NCBI GenBank assembly: GCA_051294375.1
Contig: CM119268.1
Coordinates: 4,313,837 to 4,377,836 of the forward strand
Direction: 5' to 3'
DNA: 64,000 bases
From: Paraspadella gotoi
Lineage: Eukaryota; Animalia; Chaetognatha
The translations under genes were made by a program, and so were the position numbers. The notes under the pieces are model-generated. The model saw nothing but the letters and a program-made list of their open reading frames with translations, ran no database searches and was not told where the DNA came from. Of this stretch, positions 1 to 12,908 are shown one piece after another. The stretch's first letter is position 1; each line of letters starts with the position of its first letter.

Positions 1-892
1 TCTTTAAAATAAAGAAATTAAAATCTGTACAACGCGACTTAGAAAAAAAAAAGAGAATATTAAAAATTAACCGTAGGCACTAATTTCGTGAGAATATTTT
101 TTCTGGAGTACAAAGTGATTCAGAGAAATCACGTTTTTTCAATTAAACTATTTAAAATTAGACTAAAAAAAAAACAACAACAAAAAAACAATTTGGTGCA
201 AAATAAGAAAAAAAAAGTTTTCATTTTACGATTCTTTTTTCCCATCATTCTCACCGCTCACTTCACTCTCACTGCTCACTCACTCTCTCATTCACTCACA
301 GCAGAGCATCCCTCCTCCTCGGGGCCGTTGTAGCCCCGGCGGCCGCCCTTCGGGGCAGATGGACCGAGGGATACTTGGCGGCGTCGTGAAGGCTGGCGGC
401 GGGGGCGGCGGCGCTGCACCGGCTTGGGTCATGGACGAGTGCAGGGGCGGGGCATGGCGCCCCACGGCCCCTCTCATCCGCAGAACGTCTGGGGGTCATT
501 CGAGAGCCCCCCGCGGCTCGCCGCCCCTCTGGGCACCGAGGGGCCGCGGAATCTTGGGCAAATTTCGATGGCGGAGAAGGAAGTCGGTCGGCGGACGACG
601 ACGAGACGACGCCGCTTCCTCCGCCGCGTGAAAATAGTGAGAGGGCGTGAAGGTGGCGCCCTCGTTAATGTAGCCTGGGATGGGGGTTGATTGTTTTGAT
701 TGATTTAATGATTTGATTGATTTGTATTGATGTTGATTGATTTGATTGACTTGATTGTTGATTGATCTGATTGATTTGATTGATTTGATTGATTTGATTG
801 ATTTTGATTTACTTTAGAAATGATGCGTGATTGAATAACTAATATATTCATTTATTGATTAATCACATTATAAATATATAATTATTTTTAAT
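1..892 (-). repeat. Near-identical duplicate of about 6041-6950, with a frameshifted copy of the terminal exon (296-674); probable assembly artefact
   Basis: Differences are mostly 1-nt indels; the copy ends at an N gap. Confidence 0.85.
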
Positions 893-1172
893 NNNNNNNN
901 NNNNNNNNNNNNNNNNNCGATCATAGTTTAAATCGTAACTGATTCGTTAAATATCGTTACAGTTACCTAAATTTGGTCACTGAGATCCATGTTCAAAGCC
1001 TGGTANNNNNNNNNNNNNNNNNNNNNNNNNCTGATAAATTTCTTAGTCTCACAATAACAAAAGGAAAGGTGAAATACCATCCAGGCTTTGAACATGGATC
1101 TCAGTGACCAAAATTTAGGTAACTGTAACGATATTTAACGAATCAGTTACGATTTAAACTATGATCGGAGAC

Positions 1173-1234
<62 letters not shown>

Positions 1235-2939
1235 AGAGAGTGAAAAGTCGTAAACAAATTTTAACAAATGAAAGCTTTAAGTCAGTGGCGTGTGAAGGGT
1301 AGACGCCCTCCACAAAGCGAGGGGCCCGAGCTTCTTATGGAAAAGCTCATGAGGCTAAAAAAACTATTATATAATATAAAAGAAAAATAGCTTATAGTTT
1401 TGTAAAATGATTTGTATCATTAGAAAATCTTAAAATAGAGACATATATGACAATAATGTGTTGCTAGTTAGTTAAATTAATGTAAGGTGAGTGGATGAGT
1501 CAGCTTTCGTGGGGGCCAGATGTTAGCAAAAAGATTAAGTGGAGGGGCCGCCAATCCTCTACCCCCTGCTATAAGTAGCCTCTATTTTCTTTTTTTTTCC
1601 CCGCCCAAAAAAAAAATATGTAGAGAAAAAAATTACGAAAAGATTTATATACAAAAAAACAGACAGAGGGGGCCGGTTTGTTAAAGGTGGTGAAAACAAA
1701 ATGCTAATGTTGTATAACGGGCAAAACAATTGCAAAAGTTGCAGAAAAAGAATCAATTTTGATTACATGTTTTATTTACTTTTGTTTATAATATATAAAT
1801 CATTCTTTAAAAAAATAATTTATACATTATATACATTTTTAAAAAATTTTTTTTTTCTTTTTTTCTTCCTTTATTTTTTGAAATTGAATTATGGTTTGAG
1901 CCGTGTTTTGTTTTATGGGCCCCCGCCAAATTAATTTGGTAAAGATTTAGCTGAAAAATTTAATTACTTCGTATGTGTTTATAAACTTCACTTACTAGTA
2001 CTATTAACCAGGATCAATAAACGATTTTACTCTTTTTAACATTTAAGAAGTTATTATCTTATACTATATTGAAGAGAAAAAATACTGATGAAACGAGAAA
2101 GACCAAATTATCGAATAAACTTAAGAATTAACGCAGACTGACTGACTCCATGTATAGTATGTATACATTGTATACCTCGCTAGAAAAAAAAATAAAGAAA
2201 CTATTTTCCGGAGTTCCAGTTTTTGTATTCGACATTAAAACCGAAAGATAATGATATTACCATTGACTGAAGAGAAAAAAAAAATTACGCCGCATTAATT
2301 ATATATACGTCTTGTAAATATTTCAATATTTAAACTGTTTAAAGCAAAAAGGCCACCATTTTTTTTTAAAAAGAGAGTAAATAATAACTTGACAAAATTA
2401 CGAGATAGGCATTAAATTCGTACGATTGAGAGTCAATTTTGAGCTGTGGTTTCGGACGACCAAATTAAAATGGAAAAAGAAAGTTTTGAATAAAATCCAT
2501 ATATAGCACGATAGAAATCCATTAGATTTTTTCTTCTCGAAATTTTACATTAAAAAAATTAACAAAAAAAAACCGTTTCATAGTTTTACTATAGAATTGA
2601 TTTGACACGAAAAAACTTTTATTTTCTATATTTGATCACCAAACGAGAGATGAAGATAATTTTCTCTTGAATCCTTCCACAGCGCATCTTGATCGCAAAA
2701 AAAAAAAAAAAAAAAACAACAAAAAAATGTCTTACCCTTTCCATTTCGGCATCTGAAATATCAGATTCAAATTTTAAACGATAAAATATCAGCCATTAAA
2801 TTTGTTTTGTTTTTGTTTTGTTTTAAATCGCGATAATTTGAGTATTCGTCTAGATAAAAATATGTGGACGTCACTACTTACGACAGCAAACATTGAGTTC
2901 AATTTAATTCCTTTAAAAAATTTATCGATAACGTGAGTT

Positions 2940-2975
<36 letters not shown>

Positions 2976-4080
2976 TAATTAAAGTGAATGAAAATATTCA
3001 TATACCTCGTAGCAATAAATCCGTTTTGTTTTTTAATTGCTTGAAAAGTTTTTTTTTTTTTTGCTTAAATACCAGATGATTATGAAAAAAGTTTCTTTAA
3101 TTATGAATACAAATGTTTCTTTTATTTCGTTTTTAAACTTTGTGTTAATGAGTTAAAGAAGAAAGAAAAACAAAAATGATGTTGATCTTGATTTATTCAA
3201 GCTTAACGCATCTTTTTTTGTTTTGTTTTTTTTTTGTTGGTTTTTTTTTAATAATTTGGGGTTTTTTTTTTAAGATTAAAAAAAAATTTGTTCCGTTCCA
3301 GAATAGTTTAATAATACGCATAATGGACATAAGTTTTGTATCTACTATTTAAAAACTTAAAAGAAGAAAAAATAAAGAATATTACCTACACAATCTATTT
3401 CTAGAAGCAGTATTATATAAAAAACTCACAAGAAGGCGAATTTTGAATTTTTCTTTGTTCAAAAATTGGAACAGGCTTTGATACAAAAACGATGGCTTGG
3501 TTTCTCAAAAAATGTAATACTTTTTTTTAAAAAATTATATTTTCAAAAGTTACAACGATTTTTAAACTATGGACGTGACGCGGAAAGTGAGTTAACCTTA
3601 CCCTATAACCTTACCTAAATATAATCCCCTTATCCCCTTATCGAGCTATCGTTTATGATCGTTGGGGACATAATATTCATAATATTCAAAATATCAATTT
3701 CCCTTTCTTCTTGTGAGTTTAAAAAAGAAAGAGAAAACTCAGTGGCCGTTCCAAGCTGAATAAGAATAAATCTAGGATAGAAATAAATCTTCTTTACCTT
3801 TCAACTCTTTTTTTAATTATTCAATTATTTTTGTCCGTCTTCCCCCCCCCCAAAAAAAAAGAAAGAGAAAAATGATGGGAATAGTATTTTCATCGTTAAA
3901 CAGACGCGCGTTTCTATTCGCTTGCGAACCGTCACATATAAGTCACTATATTAAAGCTAAACATCAAAGATATAACAAGAAAAACTAACAATAAGATGAA
4001 TAACATCGCAAAATGTCGTCCCTCTATCGGACGATGAAGTACCGTTCTTTTGTTTAAAACACAGCACGAAATCAATGAAC

Positions 4081-4158
<78 letters not shown>

Positions 4159-4482
4159 AGAGATTTAGGCTTAGAGGATAGGGGGACGAATTATTTTTCG
4201 CCTCTCATTTAAAAAAAATCGTGAATTTCTTGTTTTCTTTTTTTTTTTTTGTGAATGTAGTAGATCATGATAATGATTTTTATTTGTTTTTTTTTTTGAT
4301 AGAGAAATACTTCGAATCTTATCGAATTGTTTCTTCTTGTCAACTTGTGTGGTAAATTTGTAAAAAGTGCGGTTTTTTTTTATATTAGATTCAAAAGTTT
4401 GTTTCTTCGTTTAGAGAAACAGTTTCGTATTTTGTCTTCTTTTTTTTTTCAAAAACCGGCGGTCGAGAGAGAAATATAATCG

Positions 4483-4554
<72 letters not shown>

Positions 4555-6345
4555 AGAGAAATGTAGTAAAGAGTTGTGCATATAAACGAACAATTTTTTA
4601 CCCTAACAACTTGGCGTAACAATCGTACAGTATATCATAATAATACAACAACACGCCCTTTTTTCGCGTTAAGTATATCACGTGAGATTGGGGGATTTTA
4701 TATTACATAGGATGTTTTTAAATCCGTAATTTTTTTTTTTTTGGTGGGACAAATCTTACGGTCACCGGTCAGGATTCGAGGCAAAAATTCTTCCTTTGTT
4801 TTTTCGGGTTTGCAACAAATTGTCAGTTATATGATTTTTCCCCCTCGTTCTTTAAAAGTACAATTTCACTCTATTTCGTTTTACGCATTGTAACATTTAA
4901 AGATAACAAGTAAGGCAGACAACTTCTGTTTGTGTTTTTTTTTTAATAGTCACAACAACGGGATTATAATAGCTTCATTAGTTTTTACATATACATCGAT
5001 ACTAATATCATTCTTTCTTTGCAATGAAACGTCTTTGTTTGTAAATAGGATCTTCGCGAGAATTTTTTTGCGTTTTGTTTAATTCTTTGTAGACTTTTTT
5101 TTTCTTTCATGAATTTGAAAATAAATTCATCCGTTTGAAAGATTTTTTTCTTCTTCGAGCACTCACATAAAAAGGCAGAAATAAGGAAAAGCATATCGCG
5201 AACTCTGACTGTTCATTTGTTTCGTTATCACCTTCCGTCACCGGAAACTTCCGCCCTCTGAAGTACAAAAAATTAAGCAAATCTCAAAAAAAAAGAAGTG
5301 AGCAGCAGCATGTTGACAAAAGAAAAGATCATTCCCGTTTAAACATAGTGAAAGCTTGGCAACCTATGCAAGCTGACGAGAATTTCTCTTTGGTTTTCGT
5401 ACGAAAAAAAAAATTCGGTGAAATTAACGTCGAAATTATTCAAAACACGCGATTAGTTTCATTTTTTTTTAAATGTTAAAAAAAATATTAACAAACACAT
5501 ACAACGATATAACTTTCGCGGAATTTTCCTCATTTAATGAAGTGATTGCATTATTAATGAGTTTAATTCACGGACATGATTCATCATTACACGACACAGA
5601 ACAAGGTGTACGAGTCACTCACACACAAAAGGGGGAAATTTCTTCAGGAAAATTTGTATACAAGTATATAACTGTTTTTTTTTTTATTTAGTCACTCGTT
5701 ACAATAGATGAAAACGGTCTGCTCTCGAGGGAGCTTTTTTTGCAAGTTAAAATATCTGTCGGCAAGGGATTTGTTTTATCAAGTGGATTTTTCTTTCTGG
5801 TTCTTTTATCAGATTGTTCTTTTGTTGAATCGGATAATTTCATGTTCCAGTGTCGCTAAAATTAAAATCTCTGGCTTCAACTTAAAGTTCAAGTTTCGTT
5901 AGAACCGCGTCATCGCATCGTCGACGTTCTTTTCGCTTTAAATTATGTGTGTTTGTATATTTCTTCTTTCATTGTTATATTTATTTTATATATTCATTTT
6001 TTATTTATTTACTAATTTAGTTCTAAGTTAAACAATTAAATCTTTAAAATAAAGAAATTAAAATCTGTACATCGCGACTTAGAAAAAAAAAAAGAGAAAA
6101 TATTAAAAATTAACCGTAGGCACTAATTTCGTGAGAATATTTTTTCTTGGAGTACAAAGTGATTCAGAGAAATCACGTTATTTTCAATTAAAACTATTTA
6201 AAATTAGACTAAAAAAAAAACAACAACAACAAAAAAACAATTTGTGCAAAATAAGAAAAAAAAAGTTTTCATTTTACGATTCTTTTTTTCCCACTCCCAA
6301 TTCTCACTCGCTCTCACTCTCACTCTCACTCACTCTCTCATTCCC

Positions 6346-6734
6346 TCACAGCAGAGCATCCCTCTCCTCGGGGCCGTTGTAGCCCCGGCGGCCGCCCTTC
6401 GGGGGCAGATGGACCGAGGGATACTTGGCGGCGTCGTTGAAGGCTGGCGGCGGGGGCGGCGGCGCTGCACCGGCTTGGGTCATGGACGAGTGCAGGGGCG
6501 GGGCATGCGCCCCCACGGCCCCTCTCATCCCGCAGAACGTCCTGGGGGTCATCTCGAGAGCCCCCCGCGGCTCGCCGCCCCCTCTGGGCACCGAGGGGCC
6601 GCGGAATCTTGGGCCAAATTTCGATGGCGGAGAAGAGGAAGTCGGTCGGCGCGACGACGACGACGACGACGCCGCTTCCTCCGCCGCGTGAAATGAGTGA
6701 GAGGGCGTGAAGGTGGCGCCCTCGTTAATGTAGC
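6346..6734 (-). CDS. Nmdar1: Nmdar1 terminal coding exon (GYINEGATF...[11 protein letters not shown])
   Basis: Phase 1 start, open to TGA at 6346 in the same frame as ORF 6346-6591; GC-rich. Confidence 0.8.
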
Positions 6735-9700
6735 CTGGGATGGGGGGTTGATTGTTTGATTGATTTAATTGATTTGATTGATTTGATTGATTTGATTGAT
6801 TTGATTGACTTGATTGATTTGATTGATCTGATTGATTTGATTGATTTGATTGATTTGATTGATTTGATTTACTTTAGAAATGATTGCGTGATTGAATAAC
6901 TAATATATTCATTTATTGATTAATCACATTATAAATATATTAATTATTTCTTTTAATCACTTATTCATTGATTGATCGATTTATCCATTCATTTAGTAAT
7001 GTATTCATTAGTCCGACTTTTCCCGCATTCATTTATTAAATTATCTATTCATTAATACGTTCAATTGGTTCATAAATTCATTCAATGATCGCGATTTATT
7101 TAATTAATTAAATTAATTTAATTAATTTATATTTGTTTTCTAATCCTCACCTCTTCGACTCATCCCTTCCCTCGAAACGGGCGACAAACTGGAAGACGTT
7201 GTTCTCCTTGAGGCGCCTGAAGTCGGCGCCGGTTGAACCCTGGAGGGTTTGAAGGAGGGGGTTACGGTGGGGGGGGGGAGGGTTTGAAGGGGAGGTGTGG
7301 AGAAATTTCGTGGGCGAGTGGGCGGGTGGGATGTGGATGTCAGAGGAGTTTACATTTGGGTTTACATTTGAGTTTAGATTTGGGTTTAGATTTGAGTTTA
7401 GATTTGAGTTTAGATTTGAGTTTAGATTTGGGTTTAGATTTGAGTTTAGATTTGGGTCATTGCGTCTCATCGGGCGATGGGAAAAAAAGTTCCGAGGGAG
7501 GGTTTAAATTGAACAAGACAAAGTCAAAATACTTTCTAACTTGCGAAATAATTTTTTTCTCATAAATCTGAGATTGAGAATATTTATCGAAAACTGTTAT
7601 CATGTAAACTTTGTATCGATTACAGTTTAAAGTCTTTTTTTCTCCGCTTTTGTATTTGTTACGGATCAGAGTTTCGAGGTTTCACCTGTAGGCATTCGCG
7701 GCGTTGATGTTTGACGGGGAGATGGGCGCACTTCCGAATTGACCTGACGCGGGAGGGAGGAAAAACCTCTGATTGGCTTAATTTAGTGATAGACTAGAAA
7801 CCCGATCGGCTTAGGAAATTTTATACATATAAATTTAGAATAGATGGTTAAATATAGGTACTTTAATGTTTACTCATGTAATGAATATGTTATTAAATAG
7901 TGGCTGCGCCAATACATGTAAATCACTTTCAAGGGCTTAAAATGAACTGTTACTGCGCCCATTAAAACATTTTGGTATTTTCAAAAATATTTTATAAATC
8001 AAAACAATATTATTTTTGTTTTGATATATGATACATGATTAAAATTCTTTGATAAAGACATAGAATAAGAAATAGAAGAAAATAAAATAGAATTAAAAAA
8101 AATATTTATTAAAAAATATCAAAAAAAAGATGTAAGATAATAAAGATGCTATTGAAGATCTAGCAGGTGCAGATAAAGTTTATTTTGAATGTTCCTTCCT
8201 TTTTTTTAAAACCCTCTAGCAGAATAGGGTGAAAACACAATGAAAAATTAATGGGTCTGTTCTTTTGTTTCAGAAAAAGGATTAAAACCTATGGTGGAAG
8301 TACTGAAACTAAAATTGATTGCTATTTTATTTTTGAAAATGTTCTTTTGTTTATGAAGTCTTCTGGTTTATTAAGACTAAAATTTGCTATTTTGTGTAAA
8401 GTGAAGTAAGTGAAGATCTAGTGGGTGCAGACAGAAGAGCAAATTTCTATAGAAAGTAAAGGGAAAATGCTGATAGTAGAGAAAAAGAAAAGGAAAAGTT
8501 ATATAGACGGGAAAGAATATTAAAAAAAAATTTGTACAATTTCATGGGTTAAGTAAATCAATATTTAGTGAATTTTTTAATTTAGTAATATTTTTCCACA
8601 AAAAAACTTTCATTCATCGTTTTCAATATTGGTCTCCATCTTTTGATGCAACCCACCCCATCCACCCTCTCCTTCACTCACCCAAACTCAACCTTACCTC
8701 CTCCACCTCCAAGAGGCTGCGGCGGCGCCGGCGTTGCGCTTTTGTTTTTTGCTGCGAGGGTCGGCGGCCATCCTTTATCACGAGGGGAGCCACTGCCGTC
8801 CATCTGGTGGCGAAAAGAAGGGAGGAAGATGAGAAAGGAAAGGAAAAGAGAGGAAAGGGAAAGACAAATATTTTGTTTGTGAAAATAATTTTTAAAAAAT
8901 TAATATTGTGTTAATTTCCTCTCGTTTCGTTGTTTATGTAGATTTAGATAAAAACAAAGTTTATTTGTTTATTTATAACGATTTTTTATTTCACATAGGG
9001 ACATGTTTCGGCTTTATGTGAAATAAAAAATCGTTGTAAATAAACTAATAAACTTTATTTTTCTCTAATAAAATAATAAAATAAATTAGAAAGGAAAACA
9101 ATATTTCGTTTAAATCGACGAATATATGCTTTAACAATTTTCTCGTTTCATAATAATAATAAAAACTCCATCCCGCGTGTTTACCTTAAAAGGCGAGGAA
9201 CTGATAAGCCACCGGTCGGATTTTTTGTTAATCACAGAATTTTCTTTGGGCGGGAGGGGTTTTCCCTTAGGACCAACTCCTCCTCCTCCTCCTCCTCCTC
9301 CTCCTCCTCCCTGGGGATATTTCTCCCCCGCTACTCCGCCCGACACCTCTCCGCTCCAGCCCGTCTCCGGATTGGTCCACCCCACTGGGCTGGCCACCCA
9401 GAGTCCCGGCTTGTCTGCGAACTCGAAGAATCGCTGCTCCCGCGCGCGCAAGGCCGCCTCTCTCTCTTCGTGGTGAAGGAGCAACGTGCGCCGGAGAATC
9501 TGTGTGTGTGTGTGTGTGTGTGTGTTTGTGTGTGCGCATGATTGTGAGGGCGAAATGTGGGACGTTAAAAAATATATTAAGAAAATTTAGAAATGACTAG
9601 AGAAGAAACGAATGATGAGAGAAGAGAGAATATAGAAAACGAGCACGAGAGAGAGAGAGAGAATAGAGAGAGAAAGAGAGTAGACGTAGGAGAGAGAGAG

Positions 9701-12700
9701 AGAGAGAGAGAGAGAACGAGACAGACAAGATAGAAAATATGAGAAATTGTCGAGTGAAAAAGGAAAAGTGGGAAAGAAGGAAAACGAAGGGAAAAAAGGA
9801 AAGAATATAAAAAAAAGGAAAGAAGAAGAAAGGAAAGAAGGAAAAGAAAGAAGCTGAAAGAGAATTAAATGCGCGAAGAAGAAATGAAGGAGGCGAGAAA
9901 AATGTTTCTCGCAATTTTTTTTCATTTGCATTTTCTAATTGAATTCTTTTTAGTTGCGCCGCAAGTACTCGCGGAGCAACTCTATAAGTCACTTTTCGGT
10001 CGGTCCGTCGGTCTGACGGTATGTCTGTCCACCGGTCTGTCCCACTTACGTTGAAAATGCTTATAAGTTATAATATAACTTGCCTTTAGTTCATTGCTCA
10101 TTTGTTGAAACAGGAAAAAACCTCAAATCTAGGCGACTCTTAGCGCCGCCTTTTGTTTTTAAAGAAATCTTATAAATAATAAGGAAAAAAAGACGTGATT
10201 ACGATGCAGAGAGTGTCGTATATACACGGAAATCCAATCTCTAGGCAAGGGATAAGAAAGTAAAAATAAAAGTAATGCGGCGCAACACCTTTTGAATAAC
10301 CGTTCCTTGTTTCTCCCCTAGAGTTCCTTTATTCTTTTTTTAATAAAAATTTTAAAATCAAAGTCTTTACTCAATANNNNNNNNNNNNNNNNNNNNNNNN
10401 NNNNNNNNNNNNNNNNNNNNNNNNNNNNNNNNNNNNNNNNNNNNNNNNNNNNNNNNNNNNNNNNNNNNNNNNNNNNNNNNNNNNNNNNNNNNNNNNNNNN
10501 NNNNNNNNNNNNNNNNNNNNNNNNNNNNNNNNNNNNNNNNNNNNNNNNNNNNNNNNNNNNNNNCTTTTTCTTAGCTATGTTCCCTCTCCATTTATCCATA
10601 GTGATTTGGGCAATTTCTTTTTCTCTGTCTCGTAGACCGCGTCTTCTCTTGTAGCAAATTTCAACGGCAATGATGCCGATCCCTGTAAAAGAAATAAAAA
10701 CCTAAATACTATAAAGTGTGGAATTTATGGATTTAATTTGTTAAAAATTGACTGTTAAGTATTTATGTTAAAGTTAAAGTATAAGTTTAAAATTAAGTTT
10801 AAACTTTAAATTTTCATTTTAATTTATGAATATCCATATTAATCTAGGAATTTACAGGGTATTCTTTTCTACATTAATTTCATTTTTCCTCCTTATTTAT
10901 AAGTACTTTTAGCTTAACATATTCAAACACCAAGATAACCTTTTCTAACTTATAAATTCCAGCGTTTTTAATCATTCTTAAAACTAATTATAATTCTTAA
11001 ATTAATGATTCAAATTCAACCCGTAATATTGTAACGGGATTCCCTAGTCTCGCCTGTTACAATGCCCCCCGCAACCATCATGAAAACCCCCGCCATGTTT
11101 TTGAGCCGCAGCGTCGCTGGTTGGTTCTTGTCCCTTTCGTCGCAATTTTGGATCTGAATCCACTTTTTGTCTAAACTCTCCATGTATCCCTGGAGAGAAA
11201 AAAATAGGTAAGTTTGGGTGGGATTTATACTTGGAAAAGATGGTTTGTATCTCGGCTCCGGATAAACGATAGGCAATGGAAACACTATTGTAATACTATC
11301 TCTTGGTCCCTTACTTATAGTTTATCCTTTATTTTTAAATATTCATAAAAACGATCACAACAGCAACAACAACAGCAGCAGCAGCAACAACAACAACAAC
11401 AACAACTACGATAACAAAAATACACAACAACGCTCACAACAACTAAAAAATAGAAAACATCAACAAAATAAAAACAAACTATCAAACAACACAAAGAACA
11501 ATCACCTGTTCGTGAAGTTCAAGAATCATGAGAGAAAGTTGCGATTGCCAGAGATTATTTTGCCTGAGTCCGATGCCGTAGGAAGATCTTCCAAAGAGCT
11601 CTGGTATGGGAGAGAGAGAAGTGGTGAGAGAGAGAGAGTAGAGACGAGAGAGAGAGAGAGAGAGGAGAGAGAAGAGAGAGAGAGAGATGAGAGGAGAGAG
11701 AGAGAGAGAAGAGGTGTTTAAGAGAGAGAGAGAGAGAAAGGACTACCCCGGCTGTGACAAGCTGCACGTTATCATCCTCCCATTCTTTTTTGTGACGACA
11801 CGTCTTTGAGGCTTCAAATTCTAGACGAGAACTGAAAGTCGAAAAAGGAGAAGTTTTAACAAATCGTCAAAAAATCTACGTTTAGAAGTTACACAAATAC
11901 TAAACATATATTTGTTAATTGCTAGGTCTGGTAGAGAAAAAATCTTTCGTACAACTTTAACGAAAATCTGGACAAAAGGCTATCGTACTTCGTTGGACAA
12001 CCGATATATATAAGATCCATATGAAGAGATTTTTAAACTTTAAATTTTCATTTTAATTTATGAATATCCATAAATTAATCTAAGAATTACAGGGTATTCT
12101 TTTCTACATTAATTTCATTTTTCCTCCTTATTTAAAAGTACTTTTAGCTTAACATATTCAAACACCAAGATAACCTTTTCTAACTTATAAATTCCAGCGT
12201 TTTTAATCATTCTTAAAACTAATTATAATTCTTAAATTAATGATTCAATTCAACCCGTAATATTGTTAACGGGATTCCTTACTCGCCTGTTAAATGCCCC
12301 CGCAACCATCATGAAAACCCCCGCCATGTTTTTGAGCCGCAGCGTCGCTGGTTGGTTTTTGTCCCTTTCGTCGCAATTTTGGATCTGAATCCACTTTTTG
12401 TCTAAACTCTCCATGTATCCCTGGAGAGAAAAAAAATAGGTAAGTTTGGGTGGGATTTATACTTGGAAAAGATGGTTGTATCTCGGCTCCGGATAAACGA
12501 TAGGCAATGGAAACACTATTGTAATACTATCTCTTGGTCCTTACTTATAGTTTATCCTTTATTTTTAAAATATTCATAAAAACGATCAGCAACAGCCAAC
12601 AACACAGCAGCAGCACAAACAACAACAACAACACTACGATAACAAAAATACACAACAACGCTCACAACAACTAAAAAATAGAAAACATCAACAAAAAAAA

Positions 12701-12860
12701 AAAAAACTTTCAAAAACAACAACAAAAGAACAAATCACCTGTTCGTGAAGTTCAAGAATCATGAGAGAAAGTTGCGATTGCCAGAGATTATTTTTGCCTG
12801 AGTCCGATGCCGTAGGAAGATCTTCCAAAGAGCTCTGGTATGGGAGAGAGAGAAGTGGTG

Positions 12861-12908
<48 letters not shown>

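Noticed and set aside
296-674. Alternative terminal exon or paralogue
   Set aside because: Near-identical copy of 6346-6734 with 1-nt indels, ending at an N gap
919-1166. About 87-bp inverted repeat
   Set aside because: One arm is an island between two N gaps; scaffolding artefact
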